A stretch of DNA of 64,000 nt from Octopus sinensis (GCF_006345805.1 NC_043002.1:48546001-48610000); one strand, 5' to 3'. Numbered from the stretch's first letter, positions 40,800-52,958 are shown. Translations and numbers: made by a program. Notes: generated from the letters alone by a model not told the origin.

Positions 40800-41720
40800 T
40801 ATAGGTTCAATTGTATCTATAGACAATTTACCATTTATCTTGTTGACTGTCTGGTAGTTGTCATTATTTTCAAATTTAATTATTGTATATATCCTGCCTT
40901 ATCCAATGCGGTGTTATAATAGTCCTTATTCATATCAAAGATTTCTATGTTAGATAAGAGGTAATTAATTTTACGTTGTATATTTTTAACTTAACATTTG
41001 GTAATTATTTGGGTATGATTATTGTTATAATTAGTATATGTTAGTTTAGAATTAGATTTGCGATATCGTGCATAGTTTCCTGTGAGTTGGTTAAAGTTGA
41101 CATCTAAACATTTACTGAACTATACTTATTTTCTACAGGAATTTTCAGGCCAAACGTACTAAAGGATCTATAACATATTTTCGTATAATTTTCTTTTGCT
41201 AGTATATTTAATTATAAATAATGTATCGTCCCTATATAAACCTCCACCTATTTGTAGAAATTCATTATTGAACTTATACAGAATATAAATACCTACAATA
41301 TCAGTGACCTGAGCTGAATCAGTAGATCCCATAGGTATCTCAAAGTAGTCGGGTGTATTCTTTCTAGCCCAGTGTTTGTTGTCAAAGTTTATTAATGAAT
41401 TTCTAGTAGTGGGTATTATATTGATTTCTTTACAAGACAAGCTAGTATGCCCATAGCAAATACTAGGACACTATTTAATACTATGGGGTTTATAGAAGAA
41501 GAAGAATTGTTAATATCTACCTGTATAAATCTATGTTTATCCTTATTATTTATTCGATTAAACCAATTTATAGCTTCTTGTGCACTAAACCAGAGTTCTG
41601 ATTTTAATTTATTCTTAAGTTGGACTATATATTTATCTAAAATCTTTTAGTCTTTTAATTTGCATTATTTTTCCAATTGTAATACGAATAAAATTAACCA
41701 AGCATCTTTTTAATTTTTCT
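40800..41720 (-). mobile_element. Penelope-like element RT fragment (GLYRDD type)
   Basis: ORF 41168-41440 FEIPMGSTDSAQVTDIVGIYIL..GLYRDDTL. Confidence 0.8.
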
Positions 41721-41811
41721 TATCCATTTTCTTTTATTGTCTTTATGTTTGTGTGTGTGTGCGTGTGTGTGTATGCATGTATGTACGTTATATATACTAA
41801 TCTATTTGTGA

Positions 41812-42235
41812 GTTAACAAGATCAAATCAATCAAGTTTCATGTAAAGAGAGCTTCACAAAAGTTTAAGCGTACCATATGGAAATGTCGTCACCATTTTGT
41901 ATGAGAATACACAAGTTTGCACGATACTGTACGGGATTTCAAAATAAATACTCAAATCAATCCAGGTAACTTATAAGTATATATTAATCGCTATCCTCCA
42001 TGCATTAGCCCTAGATTTCTAGCAAAAGTCTAGGGCTAATTCAAGGGAGACAGCAATATAGGTATTCTTATAAGTGATCTCCTGTGGTCTGCGTATTTAT
42101 TTTGAAATTCCCTACAGTCTTATGTAACCGGATTTATACTCATTCAAAATGGAGACAAGTACAAACATTTCCATGCGGTACACTCGACTAATTATGAAAA
42201 TCTCTTCACATGAAAGCATTGGTGACCTTGTAAAC
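41812..42235. repeat. old imperfect foldback element (MITE-like)
   Basis: arms align over ~200 bp around ttagccctaga...tctagggctaa. Confidence 0.75.
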
Positions 42236-42347
42236 CCACAAAAAATGTTTATCCACTAATGCTCAGTGCTCGATATTAGTGTATGATTGTGTGTGTGTAT
42301 GTGTGCGCGCGCGTGTGTGAATGAATATGTATGTATATATTAGATAT

Positions 42348-42447
<100 letters not shown>

Positions 42448-43604
42448 AGTTCGGTGCAATTTCTTTCGTTTGACTGTGACTACACCCTAAGTCATGCACT
42501 CTCTGGAACAACTTCATTATGAATTTCAATTCTTCTTTCGCTGCGACTTTGGACTTTCCAATCTACCATAACCCAACAGTGAATTATTTCAGTCAGTAAG
42601 AGAGAAATCTAAGACGGATTTTTTTCCTGCTCAAACGGCTCTGGATAAGGCATCTTTTTCAGTTGTACAGTCATCAAGTTTGTCACTGCCATCCTCAACA
42701 CCATCCTACTAGATCATGCCAAAATTACATATCCTGTAAGATCAGTACCATTAACGTCTACAATATTTGCTGTCATAACTAAGTTGTGGAGCTGCTATTC
42801 CCACAGTACGCCAATTTATTCACGAGCGTTCGTCAACAGTTGTCGGGAAATTGAATACAAAGAATTAATTGGATACAACGAATATTTGCATGTGCATGTA
42901 TGTATGGACTGTGCACGCATGTATGTATATATGTGTTATGTCCTGTGCATGACTTCAAACTGCATCCGGTAGTGGAACCCTGGTACGGGAGTTCCAGGGT
43001 TTTGGGGAGTGTGGAACTACCTCTTAAGTATTATTGTTCCCAAGTTTACTCTGACTCGGAGTAGTATTAGTTCTTGGTGTTCCAACTATCGATTAATTAA
43101 CATGTGAAACACAGTGAGTGAAAGAGCCCTAGTTCTCGTTTATACTTCCTTTTGGGAGAAGGTAAACTCGTGTAAAAAGAAACTGAAGTACACTTGATTT
43201 CTGGGCGTCTCAACCTCTGTTAAGCCATTGTCTTTAGAGCTGATTGCGCTAAAATGTGGGTTCACTACTGTGCAACAATTTACCCTAAGCAAATTCCAGC
43301 ACGGAAACATCTCGGACACTTGGAACATTTGCATGGACTTGCTGTATTTAGGAAACGGTCTTACTTTGTCACGAGTTGAATTCCACCATGTAAGTGTGTA
43401 TGTATATACATATGTATGTGCGTCTGCATGTGTTTACGTTTGTGTGCATGTGTGAGTATATATATATTCACACATACATACATACGTGCGTACGTACATA
43501 CATATATACATTCATTACTACATACATACATGCATACATACATACATACATACATACATACATACATACATACATACATACATACATACATACATACATA
43601 CATA

Positions 43605-44010
43605 GTTACTTTATCCAGATTACAAGTTCAGATTTATACATGTATTTATTGGGGCCCTGGGATATGTAACACACTGCCTAAATACCAATCAATACTAATT
43701 GAGAAATTAGGCTTCTCAAAACCAGAAAGAGGAAAGCTAATTCGAAGACTACAGATCCAGTCCATTACTGGAACTGTAAAAAATCTGTAAAACTTTCCAG
43801 AAGTTTATCATTTAAATATATGTGAGCTTTTATAGATATGCAACTATATGCATGAGAATGCATGTATAAAACAAAGCATAAAAATCTGCATATATACATA
43901 CAAACAAAGATACCCTGTTGCTGATGCTGAAATTCCAACTCAGGAGCCTTGAATCTAGTTTAGAAACCGGCTCTTTCTCTATTGGCAAGAAATCTTGAAA
44001 TAAAACTGAT
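43605..44010 (+). mobile_element. R4/Dong-clade RLE LINE 3' end between (TACA)n tracts
   Basis: LLYPDYKFRFIHVFIGALGYVTHCL..EKLGFSKPERGKLIRRLQIQSITGTVK; same family as 8681-9625. Confidence 0.85.
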
Positions 44011-44027
44011 CAATGACGTAAATGCAT

Positions 44028-44268
44028 GCATACATACATACATACATACATACATACATACATACATACATACATACATACATACATGCATGCATACATA
44101 CATGCATATATACATACATACATACGTACATACATACATACATACATACATACATACATACATACATACATACATGCATACATACATGCATACATACATA
44201 CATACATACATACATACATACATACATACATACATACATACATACATACATACATACATACATACATA
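44028..44268. repeat. (TACA)n microsatellite
   Basis: direct reading. Confidence 0.95.
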
Positions 44269-44428
44269 CAAGCGTACATTTATTTCACTAAATGAATCAG
44301 ACACTCATTTGTTTAAGAAATGTTATTTAAAACGTAGGTTTGATAATGTGAAGTATCATACAAAAAATATGGCTGCTGTTGACGTTGATGACAACAACGA
44401 TAAGAACGAAAATTACTACTACTACTAC

Positions 44429-44464
<36 letters not shown>

Positions 44465-44939
44465 AAATACTCCTGCAGATGTTGTTGTCGCTACAACAGT
44501 TTGGCAGTATATACAACGGATGTTTCTTACAGATAGTCAATGCAAATAAGAAATATATCTTTAAGAGTCCGCATACATATACTGTATGTACTTCGAATGA
44601 ATTCGATGTATCAGCTGAGAGGATTATCTTGCATTTGTTTTAATGTAACTAGCGTTGTTATTTCAACATCCTTTCTTTTAGTTTTTTTGTTTTTTGTAAC
44701 CTGTTTTTTTTTTTGCAATCATATAAAAAGTAAAGCTTTATCATTAACAATTGAAACAATAGCAAGAACCAGTTATATAAATGTATATATTATTCATTTC
44801 CTAAAACGAAATGAAATTACAGCTGATTTCTCCAGCACAGTGAATGTATGAATACTTGTTTATAGTAAGAATATTAATTTTATTTGCTCTAGAATTGTCT
44901 GTATATTGTTCCAAACAAAAATACCTTTTAACTACTTTA

Positions 44940-45160
44940 TATTGCTTTCAAATGTTGGCACAAGGACAGAAAATTCGATGGGGGGAGCAAATCGATTACA
45001 TCAACTCCAGTGCGCAACTGGTACTTATTTTATCGACCCTGAAAAGATTAAGTGCAAAGTCAATCTCAACGGAATTCGAACTCGGAACGTAAAAAAGGAC
45101 GAAATATCGCTAATTATTTCCCCCCGCGTACTAACGGTTCTGCCAGCACACCTTCATCTA
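44940..45160 (-). mobile_element. SINE (Deu/Nin-like domain) fragment
   Basis: reverse complement of gagttcgaattcc..ctttcagggtcgataaaataagtaccagttg. Confidence 0.6.
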
Positions 45161-47291
45161 CTAATGATATTGCCAATTTTATTACTTTTCAAAGTTCGAG
45201 ATTAATCGAATATATTCTAGCTTTTTTTAAATATCAGATCTCTTTCTCTTACCGTTTAATTTCTAAATATTTGGCAACTTTTTCAATATTTGATTGATTT
45301 TAATAGCTTCATCTTTTCCTCTCTTTGTCACTGATATAAAATAGCATGCTATCACAAGATTCTCATTTTTGGTCCTACTCTTTTTTTCAGCTTTCAACCT
45401 TTTTTCTTTCCAGCTGGTGAGTTCTTTTCATTTCATGAGCAGACTTCTAAGAAAGGACATTAAATATTTCTATCCAACACAAACTTTGTTGTCATAAAAC
45501 AATGGATATGAATCAGGCTTTGTTGGTTTTAAATCTGACTTCAGTAAAGCCATCCTCATTTTAAGAAGCTAGATTCAATCAGTAAGTATAACCACATGAT
45601 TGTTTGATTTCGAGCACGTCTCAGTTCCTGAACTGCCTCTTAGTGATGCAGCATATCCTCAGGAATCGTTCAGAATTGCACGCTAGGTTTGTTGTTTTTG
45701 GGGTTTTCTTTATTCGAAAAACAAATTGGAAATTATAATGGTTCCCGATTGGTACTAATGTTTATTTTAAACAACATTGAAACATTATTTTAAATAAATT
45801 CACTCCGAAAACAAACTTAGAGCTTGACGTCCTTATAAGCCTACCGCTTTACAATCTCGACATAAATTTAATAAGATATTGATTTCCATTGCTGCTGCAA
45901 TGCTACAAGTTTGTAGGGGGAAATGGAGTCCATTAAATCATCCTAATACATTATTCATCTTTATCTTATCGACTCGGAGGAATGAAAGGTAAACTTGTAA
46001 CTGGTACTATTTGAACTCAAGATACAAAGAGACAGAACCAAATAACTCAGCACATTACTGTTTTTCCACTCAACGTCGTTATTGATTTAAATAAAGATTT
46101 CTTATATAAATACAAGGATTCACATATGTAGAAGAAGAATATCGCCTATACTTGAACTAGGGTGGAGAGAGAGACAGCACGTGCCAGTCAGTAAAGTTAA
46201 GAAGAGAAAAGAAAAGTGAGACGAAAATAGGAACTCTCTAAATATGTGAGGGGAATGAAGCACCCTGGGAGTCCTACAGGTTTTCTTTAAATCAGTACAA
46301 CTTGTAACATGATCACGGAGTTGGTGCCTAAGCCGGCAGTCCTATTGAAGTGGGCTATTATAAACCAGCAGAACAAAAACAAGACTTCTCAAAAGGAAGG
46401 ATGAGCCCAGTATATATAGAGAGGCAACAGCAATCTGATAATGGTACACAATTAAGCCACCGAGAGTGTTGGGTAGTCTGTTGTTCATTAGCTGTCATGA
46501 AAATAGTTTCTTTAAGAGGTCACTTTGAATGAAAGATATTTCTGCTTAATTGAATATATCATTTAATTTGCATTCAAATATAATACCCATTAACCTAGCA
46601 CATGCTTTGTTTCTGGTGATTTTACGTATGGTCAATTAATTCAGTAATAAAAAGATATGTAGAAGCTTTTTTATCGTAAAATACATGTTTATCATTTGTT
46701 TTTTTCAGGTTTCTATTACGAGTGAAACCTTCAATACCATGGTTTTTAAAAATTTCAATTTTGTTCCTTAAAAAATACTATCTTTATATTTCTATATTTT
46801 ATTTCACACATTTTCTTGTAATTCCAAATTAACAGAAGCAATTCTAAAGGAAATGTATTTAGTTTAACAAGAGCTCTTCATGTCTTACAGCTTGTTGCTT
46901 TAATGGAAATAAGCATGCAATAGGAAATTGATCATGAGTGTAACATGAACGTGTCCGTTCAACTTCAGCACTGTCCCTGAGACTTGCTGATGGTTATAGA
47001 AAAAGAAAATCACTGGAAATTGAAGAGACGAATTGAAACAGCACCTTTGGTAGGATAAGAGAGAACGCGTGAAATTAAAACATTTCCCTTATCACACACA
47101 ACGATAACGACGACTCCGATAAGATAGAATGAAGTTGTTTTGATAGTTGTCCATATACTATTACTGTCTGGATGCCTTTAAATTTTGTTGCAATATAATT
47201 TTGTGTGGGGAGCACAAAATTAAACAGATAAAATATAAAAATCAAATTTTTTTACAATTTTCCTAAAATGTGTGTACGCGCACACAAACGC

Positions 47292-47340
<49 letters not shown>

Positions 47341-47750
47341 TCCGTAATAATGAAGGGTGAAATTAATTAATTTGGAAAAATTATCAATTACACCAAGTAG
47401 TCTTCGGCATGTAAAAGCCTCATTCGAGGAAAATTTAAGTAATACTAAGCAATAAGGGTTTAGCAACGAGTTGCCTTACCACATACCGAATTTAGAAATA
47501 GCAGTCAAATTTCCAAATTAATTAATTTCACCCTTCATTATTACGGATAACCATATTTTATCTCAGTAGATGACCACAGCATCTTGTTTTGGCTACACGC
47601 GGGTGGGAAGGGGCTGTTGACACAATCGTTTCATTCACAAATTGAATTCGGTGATACCAGTTGCGGATTCTAGCTCGCTCTGATACTGAGTTGAGTTGGT
47701 GCCTTCTGGTATCTCAAAATTCAATATATAATCATTTATGATTATAGTAT

Positions 47751-47857
47751 TCTACGCTGAAGAGAAAAGAAGTTTCGGTAAGATAGAATTATTTAATATT
47801 TAATATTTAATTCTTATGCTTTCCTAAAAACTTGATTTCGAAACGTACGTCCGTGGA
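47751..47857 (+). ncRNA. type I hammerhead ribozyme, copy 1
   Basis: UCUACG-CUGAAGA-GAAA..long stem II..UUUC-GAAAC-GUAC-GUC-CGUGGA; predicted cleavage after 47851. Confidence 0.88.
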
Positions 47858-48359
47858 TAAATAAAAAAAAAAAAAAAATGTATGATAGATTGCAGTCAAT
47901 TCATTCTCTCTTACCTGTTTGTGTCTGCCTTCCAAATGCTGTTTTTACTGAGATCTCCCTTTTTAGTAGAAGAAATAGCTATAACCCTTTGACTGCTATT
48001 TCTAAATTCGGTATGTGGTAAGGCAACTCGTTGCTAAACCCTTATTGCTTAGTATTACTTAAATTTTCCTCGAATGAGGCTTTTACATGCCGAAGACTAC
48101 TTGGTGTAATTGATAATTTTTCCAAATTAATTAATTTCACCCTTCATTATTACGGATAACCATATTTTATCTCAGTAGATGACCACAGCATCTTGTTTTG
48201 GCTACACGCGGGTGGGAAGGGGCTGTTGACACAATCGTTTCATTCAGAAATTGAATTCGGTGATACCAGTTGCGGATTCTAGCTCGCTCTGATACTGAGT
48301 TGAGTTGGTGCCTTCTGGTATCTCAAAATTCAATATATAATCATTTATGATTATAGTAT

Positions 48360-48466
48360 TCTACGCTGAAGAGAAAAGAAGTTTCGGTAAGATAGAATTA
48401 TTTAATATTTAATATTTAATTCTTATGCTTTCCTTAAAACTTGATTTCGAAACGTACGTCCGTGGA
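48360..48466 (+). ncRNA. type I hammerhead ribozyme, copy 2
   Basis: as copy 1; predicted cleavage after 48460. Confidence 0.88.
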
Positions 48467-48469
48467 TAA

Positions 48470-48505
<36 letters not shown>

Positions 48506-48984
48506 TATGATAGATTGCAGTCAATTCATTCTCTCTTACCTGTTTGTGTCTGCCTTCCAAATGCTGTTTTTACTGAGATCTCCCTTTTTAGTAGAAGAAA
48601 TAGCTATAACCCTTTGACTGCTATTTCTAAATTCGGTATGTGGTAAGGCAACTCGTTGCTAAACCCTTATTGCTTAGTATTACTTAAATTTTCCTCGAAT
48701 GAGGCTTTTACATGCCGAAGACTACTTGGTGTAATTGATAATTTTTCCAAATTAATTAATTTCACCCTTCATTATTACGGATAACCATATTTTATCTCAG
48801 TAGATGACCACAGCATCTTGTTTTGGCTACACGCGGGTGGGAAGGGGCTGTTGACACAATCGTTTCATTCAGAAATTGAATTCGGTGATACCAGTTGCGG
48901 ATTCTAGCTCGCTCTGATACTGAGTTGAGTTGGTGCCTTCTGGTATCTCAAAATTCAATATATAATCATTTATGATTATAGTAT

Positions 48985-49091
48985 TCTACGCTGAAGAGAA
49001 AAGAAGTTTCGGTAAGATAGAATTATTTAATATTTAATATTTAATTCTTATGCTTTCCTAAAAACTTGATTTCGAAACGTACGTCCGTGGA
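48985..49091 (+). ncRNA. type I hammerhead ribozyme, copy 3
   Basis: as copy 1; predicted cleavage after 49085. Confidence 0.88.
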
Positions 49092-49593
49092 TAAATAAAA
49101 AAAAAAAAAAAAATGTATGATAGATGCAGTCAATTCATTCTCTCTTACCTGTTTGTGTCTGCCTTCCAAATGCTGTTTTTACTGAGATCTCCCTTTTTAG
49201 TAGAAGAAATAGCTATAACCCTTTGACTGCTATTTCTAAATTCGGTATGTGGTAAGGCAACTCGTTGCTAAACCCTTATTGCTTAGTATTACTTAAATTT
49301 TCCTCGAATGAGGCTTTTACATGCCGAAGACTACTTGGTGTAATTGATAATTTTTCCAAATTAATTAATTTCACCCTTCATTATTACGGATAACCATATT
49401 TTATCTCAGTAGATGACCACAGCATCTTGTTTTGGCTACACGCGGGTGGGAAGGGGCTGTTGACACAATCGTTTCATTCAGAAATTGAATTCGGTGATAC
49501 CAGTTGCGGATTCTAGCTCGCTCTGATACTGAGTTGAGTTGGTGCCTTCTGGTATCTCAAAATTCAATATATAATCATTTATGATTATAGTAT

Positions 49594-49700
49594 TCTACGC
49601 TGAAGAGAAAAGAAGTTTCGGTAAGATAGAATTATTTAATATTTAATATTTAATTCTTATGCTTTCCTAAAAACTTGATTTCGAAACGTACGTCCGTGGA
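49594..49700 (+). ncRNA. type I hammerhead ribozyme, copy 4
   Basis: as copy 1; predicted cleavage after 49694. Confidence 0.88.
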
Positions 49701-50204
49701 TAAATAAAAAAAAAAAAAAAAAAATGTATGATAGATTGCAGTCAATTCATTCTCTCTTACCTGTTTGTGTCTGCCTTCCAAATGCTGTTTTTACTGAGAT
49801 CTCCCTTTTTAGTAGAAGAAATAGCTATAACCCTTTGACTGCTATTTCTAAATTCGGTATGTGGTAAGGCAACTCGTTGCTAAACCCTTATTGCTTAGTA
49901 TTACTTAAATTTTCCTCGAATGAGGCTTTTACATGCCGAAGACTACTTGGTGTAATTGATATTTTTCCAAATTAATTAATTTCACCCTTCATTATTACGG
50001 ATAACCATATTTTATCTCAGTAGATGACCACAGCATCTTGTTTTGGCTACACGCGGGTGGGAAGGGGCTGTTGACACAATCGTTTCATTCAGAAATTGAA
50101 TTCGGTGATACCAGTTGCGGATTCTAGCTCGCTCTGATACTGAGTTGAGTTGGTGCCTTCTGGTATCTCAAAATTCAATATATAATCATTTATGATTATA
50201 GTAT

Positions 50205-50311
50205 TCTACGCTGAAGAGAAAAGAAGTTTCGGTAAGATAGAATTATTTAATATTTAATATTTAATTCTTATGCTTTCCTAAAAACTTGATTTCGAAACGT
50301 ACGTCCGTGGA
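50205..50311 (+). ncRNA. type I hammerhead ribozyme, copy 5
   Basis: as copy 1; predicted cleavage after 50305. Confidence 0.88.
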
Positions 50312-50314
50312 TAA

Positions 50315-50352
<38 letters not shown>

Positions 50353-50524
50353 TATGATAGATTGCAGTCAATTCATTCTCTCTTACCTGTTTGTGTCTGC
50401 CTTCCAAATGCTGTTTTTACTGAGATCTCCCTTTTTAGTAGAAGAAATAGCTATAACCCTTTGACTGCTATTTCTAAATTCGGTATGTGGTAAGGCAACT
50501 CGTTGCTAAACCCTTATTGCTTAG

Positions 50525-50552
<28 letters not shown>

Positions 50553-50557
<5 letters not shown>

Positions 50558-51250
50558 TCTGACATTCAAAACGAAGCAACAAGGATCTGTCATTCAAAAA
50601 CGAAGCTCATGGTCTATCGGGCTGTTGTCGTATCAACTCTGCTGTACGGGTGTGAAACCTGGACTGTTTACCGTAAAGACAAGAAGAAACTAGAGCGTTT
50701 CCATCAATCTAAACTTCACTCTATCCTGAACATCAAATGGGAAGATCGCATCACCAACAACTCTGTGCTTGAAAGATCAGGTCTCCCGAGCATCGAAGTC
50801 TTGATCATTGAACATTGTCTCCGATGGTCAGTTCACGTCCGTCGGATGAATGAACAGCGCCTTTCCAAGATCTGTCTCTACAGTAAACTGTCTGAAGGAA
50901 AACGTCCTCGTGGAGCCCTCTTGAGGCGGTACAAGGACCAACTCAAATCAACCCTGAAAAGCACCAACATCGACCCTGCACATTGGGAAGATATCTCGGC
51001 AAACAGACTCCTCTGAAGACACACCATCAAAACGGGTTCTTCGGGCTTCGAAAAAGACCGAGTTACAAGAGCTGACCTCAAAAGACGGGAGAGAAAGCAG
51101 CACCTTCTTCCCAAACCAACCCCTTCTATCCCTTGTCCACAATGTCCCCGTATGTTTCATGCAACCCTTGGATTTCGGAGCCATCTGCGTTTCAAACACC
51201 CAGGAAAATGAACTGGATTGCAAGCTCGGAAACACGAGATGTAGCCAACA
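50553..51250 (+). mobile_element. RTE-BovB-like LINE 3' end
   Basis: VYRAVVVSTLLYGCETWT..LRWSVHVRRM..RYKDQLK and terminal C2H2 CPQCPRMFHATLGFRSHLRFKH. Confidence 0.92.
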
Positions 51251-51390
51251 ATATATATATATATATAAAGAAATAGAGATTCAGTTGAATTAGGTACCTA
51301 CGCTGAAGCACCAAGTCAGTCCGGTATTATCCGCACCGCTCGAAGTAAGGAGAATAAAATCAAAATAAGCAAAAGGATATCAAGTAATTA

Positions 51391-51478
51391 TACAGTACGA
51401 CCGTTTCAAGCAACTCCATTTAATTGAACAATGCAATCATTACAGCAATTTAAATGCAGTGCCATCTTCAGCTGCGCA
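51391..51478 (-). ncRNA. type I hammerhead ribozyme (U.U at base of stem II) in a pLTR-like segment ending at (TA)n
   Basis: GCAG-CUGAAGA-UGGCA..~17-bp stem II..UGCUU-GAAAC-GGUC-GUA-CUGU. Confidence 0.7.
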
Positions 51479-51639
51479 AATAGATAAATAGAATTTTAAC
51501 AAGTAGAACACATTAATAGAAATTTTTCAAATATTTTAACAGAGCAAGATGGAAGAAATTCATGTTGACGCTATTGTAGCTAAGAATAGACTAGACTTCC
51601 AAAAATCGCATGAAACCTACTAGAGTCATAGTATATATA

Positions 51640-52445
51640 TATTAAGAGATAAATGAATTAGAAATTTATCATGATCCTTGACAACCTATGACTCCAATGG
51701 GCTTCATGCGATTCTTGGAAGTGTCATCTGTTCTTAGCTACAATAGCGACAACATTAATTTCCATCTTCTTCCTTTGTTAAAATTTAGTATCATCGGCGT
51801 AGCTAGTGATAGTGCCTGTCTGAATGACCATGGGCATGTCTAAGAGAGTTATTATAAATGAACAATAGAAGCCCCAAGACACTTCCCTGGGGAACACCTC
51901 TTAGAATTTGAGATTCCACAAAAAGACTACCATTGGCTACAACTGTGTGACTTCTGTCTTTAAGGATGTCATGCAGCCACTCTCTGTTTACTAGCAATGC
52001 CAAGGTCTCGCAGCTTGACGTATCATACAATGATCTGCCTTATCAAAGGCCTTTGCGAAGTCAAGATATATCTCACTGACATCTGAATGGTCAAACAGCT
52101 GTTTCAAAACCCAGTCATAGTATTGTAAGAGCTGTGTGAGGCAGCTTCTTCCTGGACGGAAGCCATGCTTTGTGTTGTTTAATAAGTCATTTTCTTCTAT
52201 GAACATTATCAGTTTCTCTCTGAAGATTCGTTCCATGACTTTATTGATATGCGAAGCGAGAGTGTTTGACCTGTAATTTTTGGCCTCTGTCTGTTCTGCT
52301 CCCACTCTTGTGGATAGGGCATATAACGCATTCTTTTAGCTTTTTAGGAAGTTTACCACTTGCAAGAAAATTCAGGAAAAGTATCTGAAGTGGTTTCGCC
52401 TGCTGACATGAGACTAGCTGGAAAGCCATCGGGACAAGTTGCTGA
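51640..52445 (-). mobile_element. CR1/L2-group LINE RT fragment
   Basis: NYRS..KVMERI, HGFRPGRSCLTQLL, YLDFAKAFDK, GVPQGSVLG, YADD. Confidence 0.9.
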
Positions 52446-52562
52446 GTTTGAGCTCATTTCATCTATGACCTGTTACATCTACTTCCCCAGTGTCGATGTA
52501 ACCGATGGTTGCTGCCGTCGTCTGTGGGGCTGCAATATTAAAGAATTCAGCCGAGTTTTTTA

Positions 52563-52600
<38 letters not shown>

Positions 52601-52897
52601 ATGGACTCTCGCATCGTTAGACGACGTATGAGGGTTCGATAATTTCTTCCTGAATAACAACACAGATGATTTTTAATAGTGATCAAATATTTGTACAGAC
52701 ATAAACTCACTCCCTCCATCAGATTAACATTACCTGTACAGGTGCAACGGGTGCCACACGTCAGATGTCGAAATGATCGCAGAACAACGTTAAATGAATT
52801 GCTCTGCTTAGGAATACACGCAACGCCCGGTCTGGGAATCGAACTCACCATCTCGCTTTTGTGAGTGCAACACCTTAGCCACTAAGAAGTCATGCGC

Positions 52898-52902
<5 letters not shown>
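52601..52902 (-). mobile_element. tRNA-derived SINE
   Basis: tagtggctaagg A box, gagttcgattccc B box; flanked by (TA)n. Confidence 0.85.

Positions 52903-52958
<56 letters not shown>

Larger units (their letters stand above)
47337..50527 (+). repeat. tandem array of ~609-bp hammerhead-bearing units (~4.9 copies) with an inverted 173-bp piece at the left edge
   Basis: periods 609/625/609/611 bp, nearly identical copies, (TA)n on both flanks. Confidence 0.97.

Noticed and set aside
42450-43390. Faint mariner-like peptide relics (about 42500-42640 and 43230-43330)
   Set aside because: Too degraded to support boundaries or a family call.
47600-47645. Minus-strand CUGAAU-GAAAC-GAUUGU-GUC in the array unit as an antisense hammerhead
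   Set aside because: There is no G8A9, no stem II and no usable stem I, so a both-polarity (viroid-like) ribozyme pair is not supported.
47510-50527. Tandem array as a CRISPR or rDNA/snRNA cluster
   Set aside because: Units are ~609 bp and identical throughout with no unique spacers, the context is eukaryotic, and I recognise no 5S, tRNA or snRNA motifs.
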